Shown here piece by piece: positions 48,265-57,572 of a DNA stretch of 64,000 bases. The position numbers and the translations under genes are program-made. The stretch is from the NCBI GenBank assembly GCA_045586685.1, contig JAZNAU010000042.1:1-64000 (forward strand). The letters run 5' to 3'. Under the pieces are notes generated by a model, which saw only the letters and a program-made list of their open reading frames with translations, had not been told where the DNA came from and did no database searches. The stretch is from Clostridia bacterium. Its GTDB lineage: Bacteria; Bacillota; Clostridia; HGM11514. The first letter of the stretch is position 1, and every line of letters begins with the position of its first letter.

Positions 48265-51045
48265 TTAATCTGCCAGATTATCCCGACAACGCTGACACAA
48301 ATGATCTTCTCCCACTGTGGTAGAGTACATCCAGCAACGTTCGCACTTTTCACCTTCCGCAACGGTGACTGTTATCCACAAGTTTTCTGTTTGCTCAGCT
48401 TTCCCTTCCGTTCCTGCCTCGTTAATCAACTCTACTGCGGAAACAATCAGCAAGCCCGAAAGCTTATCTTCATAGTCTTTCAATAATTGATAGGTTTCAT
48501 CTGTCGCCTTCAGGGTTACTTTTGCACCCAGAGAATGACCGATTACTTTTGCCGCTCTGGCTTCTTCCAATACTTTCGACACATCGGAACGAATGGTCAG
48601 CAAAGCCTCAAACCGATTCATCAATGCATCATCACAATATTCAGGATTCATCTTCGGCATTTCATTCAACAGAATACTTTCTGTTTCCACACCCTCATGA
48701 TGTGGCATAAAGCTCCAGATTTCTTCAGAAGTGAACGCCAGAATGGGAGCAAGCAACCGAACCAAAGAATCTAAAATCAGATACATGGCAGACTGGGTAC
48801 TTCTTCTTGCCTTAGAATCCGCTTTTTCGGTATACAATCTGTCTTTTAAAACATCCAAATAGAAGTTACTCATCTCTACCACGCAGAAATTATGAACACT
48901 GTGGTAAATAATATGATAATCAAAGTTCTCATATGCTTGAACAACCCGCTCTACAAGACGATTCAAGGTAATCATTGCCCAACGGTCAATTTCTGTCATA
49001 TCAGCAAAGCTTACCAAATCCTGATTGGGATCAAAGTCACTCAAGTTGCCCAGCATAAATTTTGCTGTATTTCTGATTTTACGATACACCTCGGACATCT
49101 GCTTTAAGATTTCCTTGGATACACGGATATCAGAACGATAATCGGAAGATGCAACCCACAAACGCAAGATATCCACCCCGTAATCCTTCACCAATTCCAT
49201 AGGATCTAAGCCATTGCCCAAGGATTTAGACATCTTCTTTCCTTCCCCGTCTACAACCATACCATGAGTCAACACCGTTTTGTAGGGTGCTTTTCCCGTT
49301 ACAGCAACAGAAGTAAGCAATGATGATTGGAACCAACCGCGGTACTGGTCATTTCCTTCCAGATAGATATCCGCAGGCCACTGCAAATCAGGGCGTTGTT
49401 CCAATACGGACATATGAGAAGAACCGGAGTCAAACCATACATCCATAATATCTGTTTCTTTATCAAATTGTTCACAACCGCACTCGGGACATTTGGTATT
49501 AGCAGGCAAAATTTCATTTGCTTCCATTTCGTACCAAGCACCGGAGCCTTTTTGTGCAAACAAATCACGAACTGCACCGATTGTTTCGTCGGTAATCAGC
49601 TCTTTGCCACAATCCTTACAATAGAAGATAGGCAAGGGAACGCCCCACAAACGCTGTCTGGAAATACACCAGTCAGAACGGTCTTTTACCATGTTGGTAA
49701 TTCTCTCCTGTCCCCATGCAGGAACCCATTTCACACTATTGATGGCATTGATGGCATCTTCTTTGATGGCATCTACGGATGCAAACCATTGCTCGGTTGC
49801 ACGGAAAATAATCGGGTCCTTACATCTCCAGCAGTGAGGATATTGGTGAACAATAGGTTCAACTGCAAGCAACAGATTGCTTTCTTTTAAGGTTTCGGCA
49901 ATCACCTTGTTTGCCTTTGCATAATACAGTCCTGCAAAAGGACCTGCTTCTTCGTTCAAAACACCCTTATCGTCAACGGGAACAATGGTAGGAAGTTTAT
50001 AAGCCTGACACACGTTAAAGTCATCTGCACCAAGACCGGGAGCAGTATGAACACAGCCTGTACCAGCATCTAAGGTAACGTGTTCCCCTGTAATAATCAA
50101 GGATTCACGGTCCAAGAAGGGATGGGCACACTTCATCAACTCCAACTCTTCCCCCCGGAATGTTGCCACTTCTTCATAATCACTTAAGCTGATTTTCGAT
50201 GCAACAGTTTCAACCAAATCCTTTGCCATAATATAATATTCATTACCAACTTTCAGCAAGGAATATTCAAAACGGGGATTCAGAGAAATAGACACGTTAC
50301 CCGGCAAAGTCCAGGTGGTGGTGGTCCAAATCACAAAATATACATTGTCCAATCCGCCCGTCACAGGAGATAGTTTCCCCAAATCGTCCTTTACAGGGAA
50401 TTTTACATAAATGGAATCTGTCCCGTCTTCCTTATATTCAATTTCAGCTTCTGCTAATGCAGTTTCACAAGTTGGGCACCAGTAAACAGGCTTTAATCCC
50501 TTATAAAGCAAGCCTTTTTTTGCCATAGCACCGAACACTTCAATTTCCTTGGCTTCAAATTCCGGTTGCAGGGTAATATATTCGTTATTCCAATCACCCA
50601 ATACACCCAGGCGACGGAACTGCTCCTTCTGATTGTTCACATATTTCATAGCAAAGTCATGACAAATCTGACGGAACTTAACGGGGCCTGCCTCAGCACG
50701 GTTCACCCCCAATTTCTTAATCGCCTGCTGTTCGATGGGAAGACCATGAGTATCCCAGCCGTGAATCATAGGAGTACGAAATCCTGTCATATTTTTATAT
50801 TTAATGACAAAATCCTTCAGAATTTTGTTCAAGGTATGCCCCATATGAATATCACCATTGGCAAAAGGAGGCCCATCATGCAAAATATACATGGGACTAT
50901 CCGCCTTTTTCTCCAACAATTTTCGATACAAATCTTTTTCTTCCCAAACTTTCAGCATTTCAGGCTCACGCTTAGGAAGGTTCGCCCGCATAGGGAACTC
51001 GCTGTTTGGTAAGTTCAGCGTGCTGCTGTAATCTACCTTCTCCAT
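48265..51045 (-). CDS. ileS: Isoleucine--tRNA ligase (type 1)
   Basis: HMGH, WTTTTWTLP, WCISRQR, KMSKS, C-terminal CERCW..CQRC Zn finger. Confidence 0.98.
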   Translation of the reverse strand: MEKVDYSSTLNLPNSEFPMRANLPKREPEMLKVWEEKDLYRKLLEKKADSPMYILHDGPPFANGDIHMGHTLNKILKDFVIKYKNMTGFRTPMIHGWDTHGLPIEQQAIKKLGVNRAEAGPVKFRQICHDFAMKYVNNQKEQFRRLGVLGDWNNEYITLQPEFEAKEIEVFGAMAKKGLLYKGLKPVYWCPTCETALAEAEIEYKEDGTDSIYVKFPVKDDLGKLSPVTGGLDNVYFVIWTTTTWTLPGNVSISLNPRFEYSLLKVGNEYYIMAKDLVETVASKISLSDYEEVATFRGEELELMKCAHPFLDRESLIITGEHVTLDAGTGCVHTAPGLGADDFNVCQAYKLPTIVPVDDKGVLNEEAGPFAGLYYAKANKVIAETLKESNLLLAVEPIVHQYPHCWRCKDPIIFRATEQWFASVDAIKEDAINAINSVKWVPAWGQERITNMVKDRSDWCISRQRLWGVPLPIFYCKDCGKELITDETIGAVRDLFAQKGSGAWYEMEANEILPANTKCPECGCEQFDKETDIMDVWFDSGSSHMSVLEQRPDLQWPADIYLEGNDQYRGWFQSSLLTSVAVTGKAPYKTVLTHGMVVDGEGKKMSKSLGNGLDPMELVKDYGVDILRLWVASSDYRSDIRVSKEILKQMSEVYRKIRNTAKFMLGNLSDFDPNQDLVSFADMTEIDRWAMITLNRLVERVVQAYENFDYHIIYHSVHNFCVVEMSNFYLDVLKDRLYTEKADSKARRSTQSAMYLILDSLVRLLAPILAFTSEEIWSFMPHHEGVETESILLNEMPKMNPEYCDDALMNRFEALLTIRSDVSKVLEEARAAKVIGHSLGAKVTLKATDETYQLLKDYEDKLSGLLIVSAVELINEAGTEGKAEQTENLWITVTVAEGEKCERCWMYSTTVGEDHLCQRCRDNLAD

Positions 51046-51082
51046 TGTTTTTCACCTCATTTGTCTATTTTCACTGCAACAT

Positions 51083-51850
51083 TTACAGTAAACGTTTTGC
51101 TTTTATATAAGTTCTGCCTTTTCGGCTTAAACCACCAATTTCACTTAATTCTGAACGACCCATTCCCCGAAGAGATATCACATCTCCCGTATGCAGTTCT
51201 GCACTCGGGCTCGTCCATTCCTCCCAGTTCACCATCACACGCCCGGAGGCAATAGCCTCCTGTGCTTTTCCTCTGGGCAGGGAATAAACAGCTGCGATAA
51301 TGCAGTCTGCCCGCAGGGATGCAACCGTATCTGTTAGTTCAAGAAACTTTTTTGGAGGAATTATTACCTGTTCTACAGGGATTTCCTCAGGTTTTACAGA
51401 ATATCTGCCTATGGTTCGAATTTCCTGAAGTAAAAAGTCCACCAATGCTGTATCACAAAAAACAGTGGCTCTTTTTTCAGTTACCAAAATATCGCCTGTT
51501 TTAGAACGGTCAATCCCTAAATTCATCAATGCCCCCAGTACATCCCGATGGCTGACCTCCCACAGAGACGAAGAAGTCAATTCCACCGCACTGACCGGAA
51601 ACCAACTGCCCTCTGCATCCTTCTCGCCAAAAGAAACCATGCATCGCTCCGCTTCCTCATATCCACCCCATAAAACCGGCTCGCAATCACCAAACCACTG
51701 TCCGATTTTACGGCATTTGCCCGGATCTAAAAAAAATCCGGAGGGTTTCCAACCTCCCCTTGCTCCTTTCGCAAGTTCAAAAAGTCTGGAAACCAAAATT
51801 TTATCTTCTTCCAAAGACACCTGTTGCAACAATCTCTTTTTTTCTATCAT
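51083..51850 (-). CDS. ylmH: YlmH/Sll1252 S4-domain RNA-binding protein
   Basis: GGYEEAER, HRDVLGALM, ASLRAD, DVISLRGMGR. Confidence 0.9.
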   Translation of the reverse strand: MIEKKRLLQQVSLEEDKILVSRLFELAKGARGGWKPSGFFLDPGKCRKIGQWFGDCEPVLWGGYEEAERCMVSFGEKDAEGSWFPVSAVELTSSSLWEVSHRDVLGALMNLGIDRSKTGDILVTEKRATVFCDTALVDFLLQEIRTIGRYSVKPEEIPVEQVIIPPKKFLELTDTVASLRADCIIAAVYSLPRGKAQEAIASGRVMVNWEEWTSPSAELHTGDVISLRGMGRSELSEIGGLSRKGRTYIKAKRLL

Positions 51851-52137
51851 AGTAATATCCGAATCAACAAAATAAGTACCGATTCACACAAATCAGCCAG
51901 CAATATGACCACCAGAAAGGACCAATCAAATATTCCCGGTAAGGAAAATCGTTCCTCTAAAAACTTTCTTACAGGGCTAAGAACCGGCTCTGTTACCGTC
52001 ATAATCCATCTATATAAAGGATGCCCCTCATCCAACGGACGAAAACTAAGCAATATCCGTCCAATCAAGAGTAAATTAAATAAAGATATGATGATCCTTA
52101 TGATACTGATTAAGATAGCGGAAATCAAAGCGACCAA
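51847..52137 (-). CDS. YggT/YlmG family membrane protein
   Basis: TEPVLSPVR, DWSFL; synteny. Confidence 0.88.
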   Translation of the reverse strand: MVALISAILISIIRIIISLFNLLLIGRILLSFRPLDEGHPLYRWIMTVTEPVLSPVRKFLEERFSLPGIFDWSFLVVILLADLCESVLILLIRILL

Positions 52138-52568
52138 CCGCCTCTTTTCAATTCATCCTTAAAATCTCCTAAAATACTTACGTTATAAGGAGTTGCAAGA
52201 AAAATGCCATTTGCAATCTTTTGGATGCTTCCTCCCAGGGCATATACTGCTCCGCTCAAGAAATCAACCATTCTTCTGGATAAATCCTTGGGAAGAGTTT
52301 CCAGATTGATCACAACCGGATTTTTCGTTTTCAAATAATCAGCAACATCTCTTGCCTCATCAAAGCTCATGGGGGACATTACCACAACCTTTAACTGGGC
52401 AGTTGTGTGAATATTAACCACTTTGCTTCTTTTGTCCAAAGGATTGACTGTCTTGGTTCTGGTATCACTTACAGCTACCGACTCATTCTCAAGTTCAAAT
52501 ACTTCCTCTTCGTCCAAGGTGTCAAACCCAACAAATTCCATAATCTGCTTTACAATTTTTGGCATCAT
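52125..52568 (-). CDS. sepF: Cell division protein SepF
   Basis: VVINL, RMVDFLSGAVYALGG, IFLATP. Confidence 0.95.
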   Translation of the reverse strand: MMPKIVKQIMEFVGFDTLDEEEVFELENESVAVSDTRTKTVNPLDKRSKVVNIHTTAQLKVVVMSPMSFDEARDVADYLKTKNPVVINLETLPKDLSRRMVDFLSGAVYALGGSIQKIANGIFLATPYNVSILGDFKDELKRGGWSL

Positions 52569-52600
52569 TTTTTCTTCCTCCTAATGGTTTCTTTTTATAA

Positions 52601-53317
52601 TTACTGCATCTGTGCAGCATAAATTCTTTGACCGAAAATAGAAGTTCCTACCCGTACGTGAGTGGCACCTTCTTCAATGGCAGCTACATAATCACCGCTC
52701 ATCCCCATGGACAAAACATCCATACTTATATTATCGTACTTTTTTTGTTCAATGTCAAGAGCCAAATGTTTCAACTTTGCAAAATAAGGCTTATTTTCTT
52801 CCGGATTACTTACAGGTGGCGGAACTGTCATCAAGCCGCAAATCTGAATTTTTCGTTTTCCTGCGGCAATTTCCAAAAATCGTTCCACTTCATCAGGGGA
52901 AATTCCAAATTTGCTGGTTTCTCCCGAAACATTGACCTGCAATAAACATTTAACGGTACAATTCTGAATTTCCGCTTCCTTTTCCAGTGCTTCCAGCAAA
53001 TGAACACTGTCAACGGAATGAATCAAGTCGGCATAAGGCAACACTTGTCTGATTTTATTGGTCTGCAAATGACCAATCAGATGCCAGGAAATTTCTCTGT
53101 CAATTTCTTGCCGTTTTCGGCATAACTCCTGTACGCGATTCTCTCCCACTGTTGTAATTCCACAATCCAATGCCTGTAAAATAGTGGGTACCTCCACCGT
53201 TTTTGTCACAGCAACCAAGGTGATTTCTTCCTGCTTTCTGCCACTTTTTTCTGCTGCGGATTTGATATTATGCTTTACTTGTTCAATTCGTTCCAAAATC
53301 TCATTTTTTTCTGTCAT
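52601..53317 (-). CDS. yggS: YggS family PLP-homeostasis protein
   Basis: VAVTK, GENRVQE, HLIGHLQTNK, SMGMS.D, VRVGT. Confidence 0.96.
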   Translation of the reverse strand: MTEKNEILERIEQVKHNIKSAAEKSGRKQEEITLVAVTKTVEVPTILQALDCGITTVGENRVQELCRKRQEIDREISWHLIGHLQTNKIRQVLPYADLIHSVDSVHLLEALEKEAEIQNCTVKCLLQVNVSGETSKFGISPDEVERFLEIAAGKRKIQICGLMTVPPPVSNPEENKPYFAKLKHLALDIEQKKYDNISMDVLSMGMSGDYVAAIEEGATHVRVGTSIFGQRIYAAQMQ

Positions 53318-54531
53318 CGCAGCAATTCTCCTTCTTTTATGTTGCTTGTCCTTTCATTGATAATTTCGTCATACAGTTTCACCTGATTGGTTGGCGTCTG
53401 CTCAGAACTGATAATGACCGTTTCATCCGTTCCGAATAAAATATCCACAGGACAGAATACAGCAACACCGCCCTTGATTACATAGACACCGGATACATCA
53501 TCCTTCACTCGAACCGCTGAACGGGAAAAACAACTGCCCGTATACCGCTGTTTGATCAATTCAACCTTTAGTTTTCTGTTATTCAGTGTTGCTTTTACAT
53601 CTGTCATACAACTGACCGAAACACAAACCTCACCATTTTGTTCCTGAGAAACAGTAGCAATTTTTGCCGGGATTCTTTCGTTAGGATCACCGCTGAACCG
53701 CAAGTAAACAGTATCTCCTACTTTTAAGGTGTCTAACTGCTGTACTGTCAGATTAAACAAAAAATACCACTTATAATTATTGACAATCTTCGCCACAGGC
53801 TGAGCAGAAAATTCATCTTCCGGATGGGAAATTTCTGTTTCCAATAAAGTGTCCACATCCTTCGGCATCAGACTTCTCAGATTGGTAGTACCGATCCGAG
53901 CTTCAAATCCGTCTGTCAGATAAGTAAAAACACCTGCCTGACGGGCATATAAATCTTCACTACGCAAGCCTGTTTCCAACTCTCTTTTTTCGGAATAAAG
54001 CTGATAAAGCTTGCTGGCTTCTTCCGTTTGCTTTCCTTCCAGAATCAGTCTTTTGCTGTGAAGCTGGGTTATTTCACTTTGAATCCGGGAAATCTGTTTC
54101 CCATCACAACCAATGGAGGCATCTACCATTTCCTCTACCAATGAAGCAATACGGGTATTGATTTTTTCAGGATCATTCATTCCGTTTTCAAACATTTCTT
54201 CTTTTTCTTCCAACTGATTGATTTCCTGATTGATCTGTTTCAGGCGGGCGGTTGTTTCAGAAGTCATTTCTCCAAAATACACCGTTCCCAACTGTTCACC
54301 CGTGTTAACACGGGTTCCGTCACTGTGAGGGCTTTCAAATATTCCGCCCTCTGCAGACGTATAAACCCATTCCTCGCGCACCACAATTCCTTCTACCTGT
54401 ACCGAATTTTCTAGAACACCCTGACGAACCAGTTCAGTACTGGTGGGACTGCTGGTTACGGAAATGATGGTAAAGGCTGCAACATATACCACTGCCAATA
54501 TGATAACTGCAACTGTAACAGTCTTTTTCAT
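53314..54531 (-). CDS. HlyD/RND-adaptor-like membrane-anchored protein
   Basis: N-terminal TM, GIVVREE, coiled coil, DGFE, KIVNNYKWY, LYDEII; typical clostridial neighbour of yggS. Confidence 0.75.
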   Translation of the reverse strand: MKKTVTVAVIILAVVYVAAFTIISVTSSPTSTELVRQGVLENSVQVEGIVVREEWVYTSAEGGIFESPHSDGTRVNTGEQLGTVYFGEMTSETTARLKQINQEINQLEEKEEMFENGMNDPEKINTRIASLVEEMVDASIGCDGKQISRIQSEITQLHSKRLILEGKQTEEASKLYQLYSEKRELETGLRSEDLYARQAGVFTYLTDGFEARIGTTNLRSLMPKDVDTLLETEISHPEDEFSAQPVAKIVNNYKWYFLFNLTVQQLDTLKVGDTVYLRFSGDPNERIPAKIATVSQEQNGEVCVSVSCMTDVKATLNNRKLKVELIKQRYTGSCFSRSAVRVKDDVSGVYVIKGGVAVFCPVDILFGTDETVIISSEQTPTNQVKLYDEIINERTSNIKEGELLR

Positions 54532-54534
54532 ATC

Positions 54535-54777
54535 TTATTTTTCCGCATCCTCTCCTGTCATAATGTTGACGGGCTTTGCGGGGATAATCGTAGAAATTGC
54601 ATGCTTATACACAAGTTGTTGTTTTCCCTCCACATCTAAAATGACAATATAATTATCAAAACCTCTTACTGCTCCCTTAAACTGAAAACCATTTGTCAGA
54701 TAAATAGTAACAAATACATGTTCCTTTCTGCATTGGTTTAAAAATACATCCTGCAGATTCAATGTTTGTTTTGTCAA
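54535..54777 (-). CDS. hfq: RNA chaperone Hfq
   Basis: [20 protein letters not shown]. Confidence 0.97.
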   Translation of the reverse strand: MTKQTLNLQDVFLNQCRKEHVFVTIYLTNGFQFKGAVRGFDNYIVILDVEGKQQLVYKHAISTIIPAKPVNIMTGEDAEK

Positions 54778-54789
54778 ACTACATTCCTC

Positions 54790-55725
54790 CTATATTTTCA
54801 TCAATTCACGAAAGCCCTGTAAGCTTTCTATTTCGTCCGCTACCTCTGCCGTTGAACGGGCGGTAGCATCCACCCATACCATTCTTGAATCGGCTCTGAA
54901 AAAAGTCATCTGCCGTTTTGCATATCTTCGGGTCGCCTGACGGATTTCGTCTGCCGCTTCAGATAGAGTCATATTCCCCTTAAAATACTGCTCCATTTCT
55001 TTATAACCAATGCTTTGAAAAGAAGTGCCTTCCATTTTTTTAAGCAAGGAAGCAACTTCTCCTTCCAATCCTTCCTCCAACATCTTGTCCACCCGACGGT
55101 TAATCCGTTCATAGAGTTTTTCACGATCAACCATAAGTCCTACCCGTAAGGTAGTATAAGGAGATGGACGGGAAGCCGCTTTTTTCTGATGCTGGGTCAT
55201 GGTAATTCCTGTAACGTGATAGACCTCTAAAGCACGAATAATTCTTTTTTCATCATTGGGATGAATCCGTTTGGCAGACTCAGGGTCAATAGTATTTAAT
55301 TCGCTGTGAAGCACAGCACTTCCTTCTTTTTTTGCTCGTTTTTGCAAACTTTCCCGAAATGTTTCATCCGACTGACCTTCAGAGAAATCCAGATAATCTG
55401 TCACAGCCCTGAGATACAGTCCTGTTCCTCCGGCTAAAATGGGTAGTTTTCCTCTGCCGGCAATTTCCCTAATCGCGCAATCTGCACGTTTTGCATACTC
55501 TGCTACAGAAAAATTTTCATTAGGTTCTGCCACATCCAGAAGATGATGAGGAATCCCTCTCATTTCTTCCTGAGTAGGTTTTGCGGTTCCAATATCCATA
55601 TAACGGTAAATCTGCATAGAATCGGCTGAAACCACCTCTCCCCCGTGTCGGACCGCTAATTCAACCGCAACCGCAGTTTTGCCCGATGCGGTGGGTCCTG
55701 CTATCATCAGCAATGGCTGTTTCAT
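54790..55725 (-). CDS. miaA: tRNA dimethylallyltransferase
   Basis: GPTASGKT, DSMQIY..MDIGTAK, GGTGLY, RRYAKRQ. Confidence 0.98.
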   Translation of the reverse strand: MKQPLLMIAGPTASGKTAVAVELAVRHGGEVVSADSMQIYRYMDIGTAKPTQEEMRGIPHHLLDVAEPNENFSVAEYAKRADCAIREIAGRGKLPILAGGTGLYLRAVTDYLDFSEGQSDETFRESLQKRAKKEGSAVLHSELNTIDPESAKRIHPNDEKRIIRALEVYHVTGITMTQHQKKAASRPSPYTTLRVGLMVDREKLYERINRRVDKMLEEGLEGEVASLLKKMEGTSFQSIGYKEMEQYFKGNMTLSEAADEIRQATRRYAKRQMTFFRADSRMVWVDATARSTAEVADEIESLQGFRELMKI

Positions 55726-55728
55726 TGG

Positions 55729-57555
55729 CTACACTATCCTTTTAAATTGCTTTTCAATCATCGTTTTAGTCATGGTAATCACAATCGGTCTTCCGTGAGG
55801 GCAAGTAGAAGGCAATGCCATCACTTCCTTCACCATCTGCTCCATTTCTCTGGGGTGCAGATGGTGATTCGCTTTTACTGCTTTATGACAAGCAATAGAA
55901 TATAACAATTCACTTTCTGTCGCCCCACGATCTCCTGCATTTTTCATAGCATGGTAGGTTTCCCAAAAGAGTTTTTCTGCATCCTGCCCCTCCTGACTTA
56001 CGGGAGCCCCTGTCATACGATAAGCGTGATCACCAAATTCCTCCAGTTCAAATCCTACAGAAGCAAGAAGAGACAGTTGTTCTTGCACCGCTGTAAAATC
56101 CGACGCTGTCATATCCAACACTACAGGCATCAACAAAGTCTGAGAAATCGGCTTATCTGATTTTCTCTGCCGTAACAATTCTTCAAACAAAAACCGTTCA
56201 TGGGCGGCATGCTGATCAATCAGCAGCATTTCGTCGCCCCGTTCCGCCACAATATAGGACTTAAACAACTGCCCTACAATACGGAGTTCCTCGGTTTTTT
56301 CTATCATTTCTTCAATGGGTTTTTCGTTTTCCGTTGCCTTTGGTTCCGATTCTGTTTTAATGGTTACAACGGGTTGCTGTAAAACAGGTTGCTCCAAGGT
56401 AAGGTTTTTGGGAAAACTCGGTTTGGGAACATCTCTTTTCATCGGCTCTGTCCACGTGGGAACAAAGCTTGGCTTTTTCTCTTCCATGGGCGGTATCAAC
56501 CGTTCAGTCACAACAGACTCTTTAGGTTCTTGTTTTTGAACGGATAATTGAATTTCCGGCTGATAAGTTGCACCAAACAATGCATTTTTTACCGCCCAGT
56601 AAATCGCACTCATCACCGATTTTTCATTGGAAAACTTCACTTCAAGCTTTGCGGGATGCACATTCACATCTGTAAAAGACCGCTCCAAAGATACCATTAC
56701 AACCCCAAAGGGATATTTTCCTTTCATAATGCCGTCCTGATAGGCTTGCTCCATGGTTGCCGTCATACTACGGCTCTTCACCAGTCGTCCGTTGACAAAA
56801 AAGGTCTGATAACTTCTGGTGGAACGGGCAATGGCGGGCGTTCCGCAAAAACCGGTGACTGTTACACCGTCTGCCGTATATTGAAGCTCTGCCAACTGGT
56901 CTGCATATTCTCTGCCATAAATGGCATAAATACAATTTTTTAAATTCCCATCACCGGGGGTATGAAGTTTTTCCTTTCCGTCTGAAATGAACCGGAAAGA
57001 AATCTGCGGATTTCCCAAAGCAAGATGAATCACCACATCCTGTACTGCCGCCGCCTCTGCTGCATCCTTTTTCAAAAATTTCATTCTGGCGGGTTGGTTA
57101 AAGAATAAATCCCGCACCGTAAAGGTTGTCCCGTCAGGACAGCCCGCTTCATGAGAATCCTCCACATTTCCCGCCTTCATGCTAAGATACATTCCAAACT
57201 GCTGTTCCTTTGGTTTGGTAAACACTTCTACATGGGATACAGCCGCAATACTTGCCAGTGCTTCTCCGCGAAAACCTAGTGTTCCGATTGCAAATAAATC
57301 TTCGGCATTTTCTATTTTACTTGTGGCATGGCGTAAAAATGCAGTGGGTAAATCGTTAGCCACAATACCGCTTCCGTCATCTGAGATTCTCAAAAAACTG
57401 ATTCCGCCGTTTTTAATCTCAACTGTAATTTTTCCGGCTCCCGCATCAATGGCATTTTCCGCCAATTCTTTTACAACGGATGCAGGACGCTCCACTACCT
57501 CTCCTGCCGCAATCATATCCGCAACCAAAGAATCCAATACTTTAATCTGAGCCAT
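55729..57555 (-). CDS. mutL: DNA mismatch repair endonuclease MutL
   Basis: IAAGEVVERP, GFRGEAL, DQHAAHER, CPHGRP; start trimmed to MAQIK. Confidence 0.98.
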   Translation of the reverse strand: MAQIKVLDSLVADMIAAGEVVERPASVVKELAENAIDAGAGKITVEIKNGGISFLRISDDGSGIVANDLPTAFLRHATSKIENAEDLFAIGTLGFRGEALASIAAVSHVEVFTKPKEQQFGMYLSMKAGNVEDSHEAGCPDGTTFTVRDLFFNQPARMKFLKKDAAEAAAVQDVVIHLALGNPQISFRFISDGKEKLHTPGDGNLKNCIYAIYGREYADQLAELQYTADGVTVTGFCGTPAIARSTRSYQTFFVNGRLVKSRSMTATMEQAYQDGIMKGKYPFGVVMVSLERSFTDVNVHPAKLEVKFSNEKSVMSAIYWAVKNALFGATYQPEIQLSVQKQEPKESVVTERLIPPMEEKKPSFVPTWTEPMKRDVPKPSFPKNLTLEQPVLQQPVVTIKTESEPKATENEKPIEEMIEKTEELRIVGQLFKSYIVAERGDEMLLIDQHAAHERFLFEELLRQRKSDKPISQTLLMPVVLDMTASDFTAVQEQLSLLASVGFELEEFGDHAYRMTGAPVSQEGQDAEKLFWETYHAMKNAGDRGATESELLYSIACHKAVKANHHLHPREMEQMVKEVMALPSTCPHGRPIVITMTKTMIEKQFKRIV

Positions 57556-57572
57556 TTCCTGCACCTCCCTTT

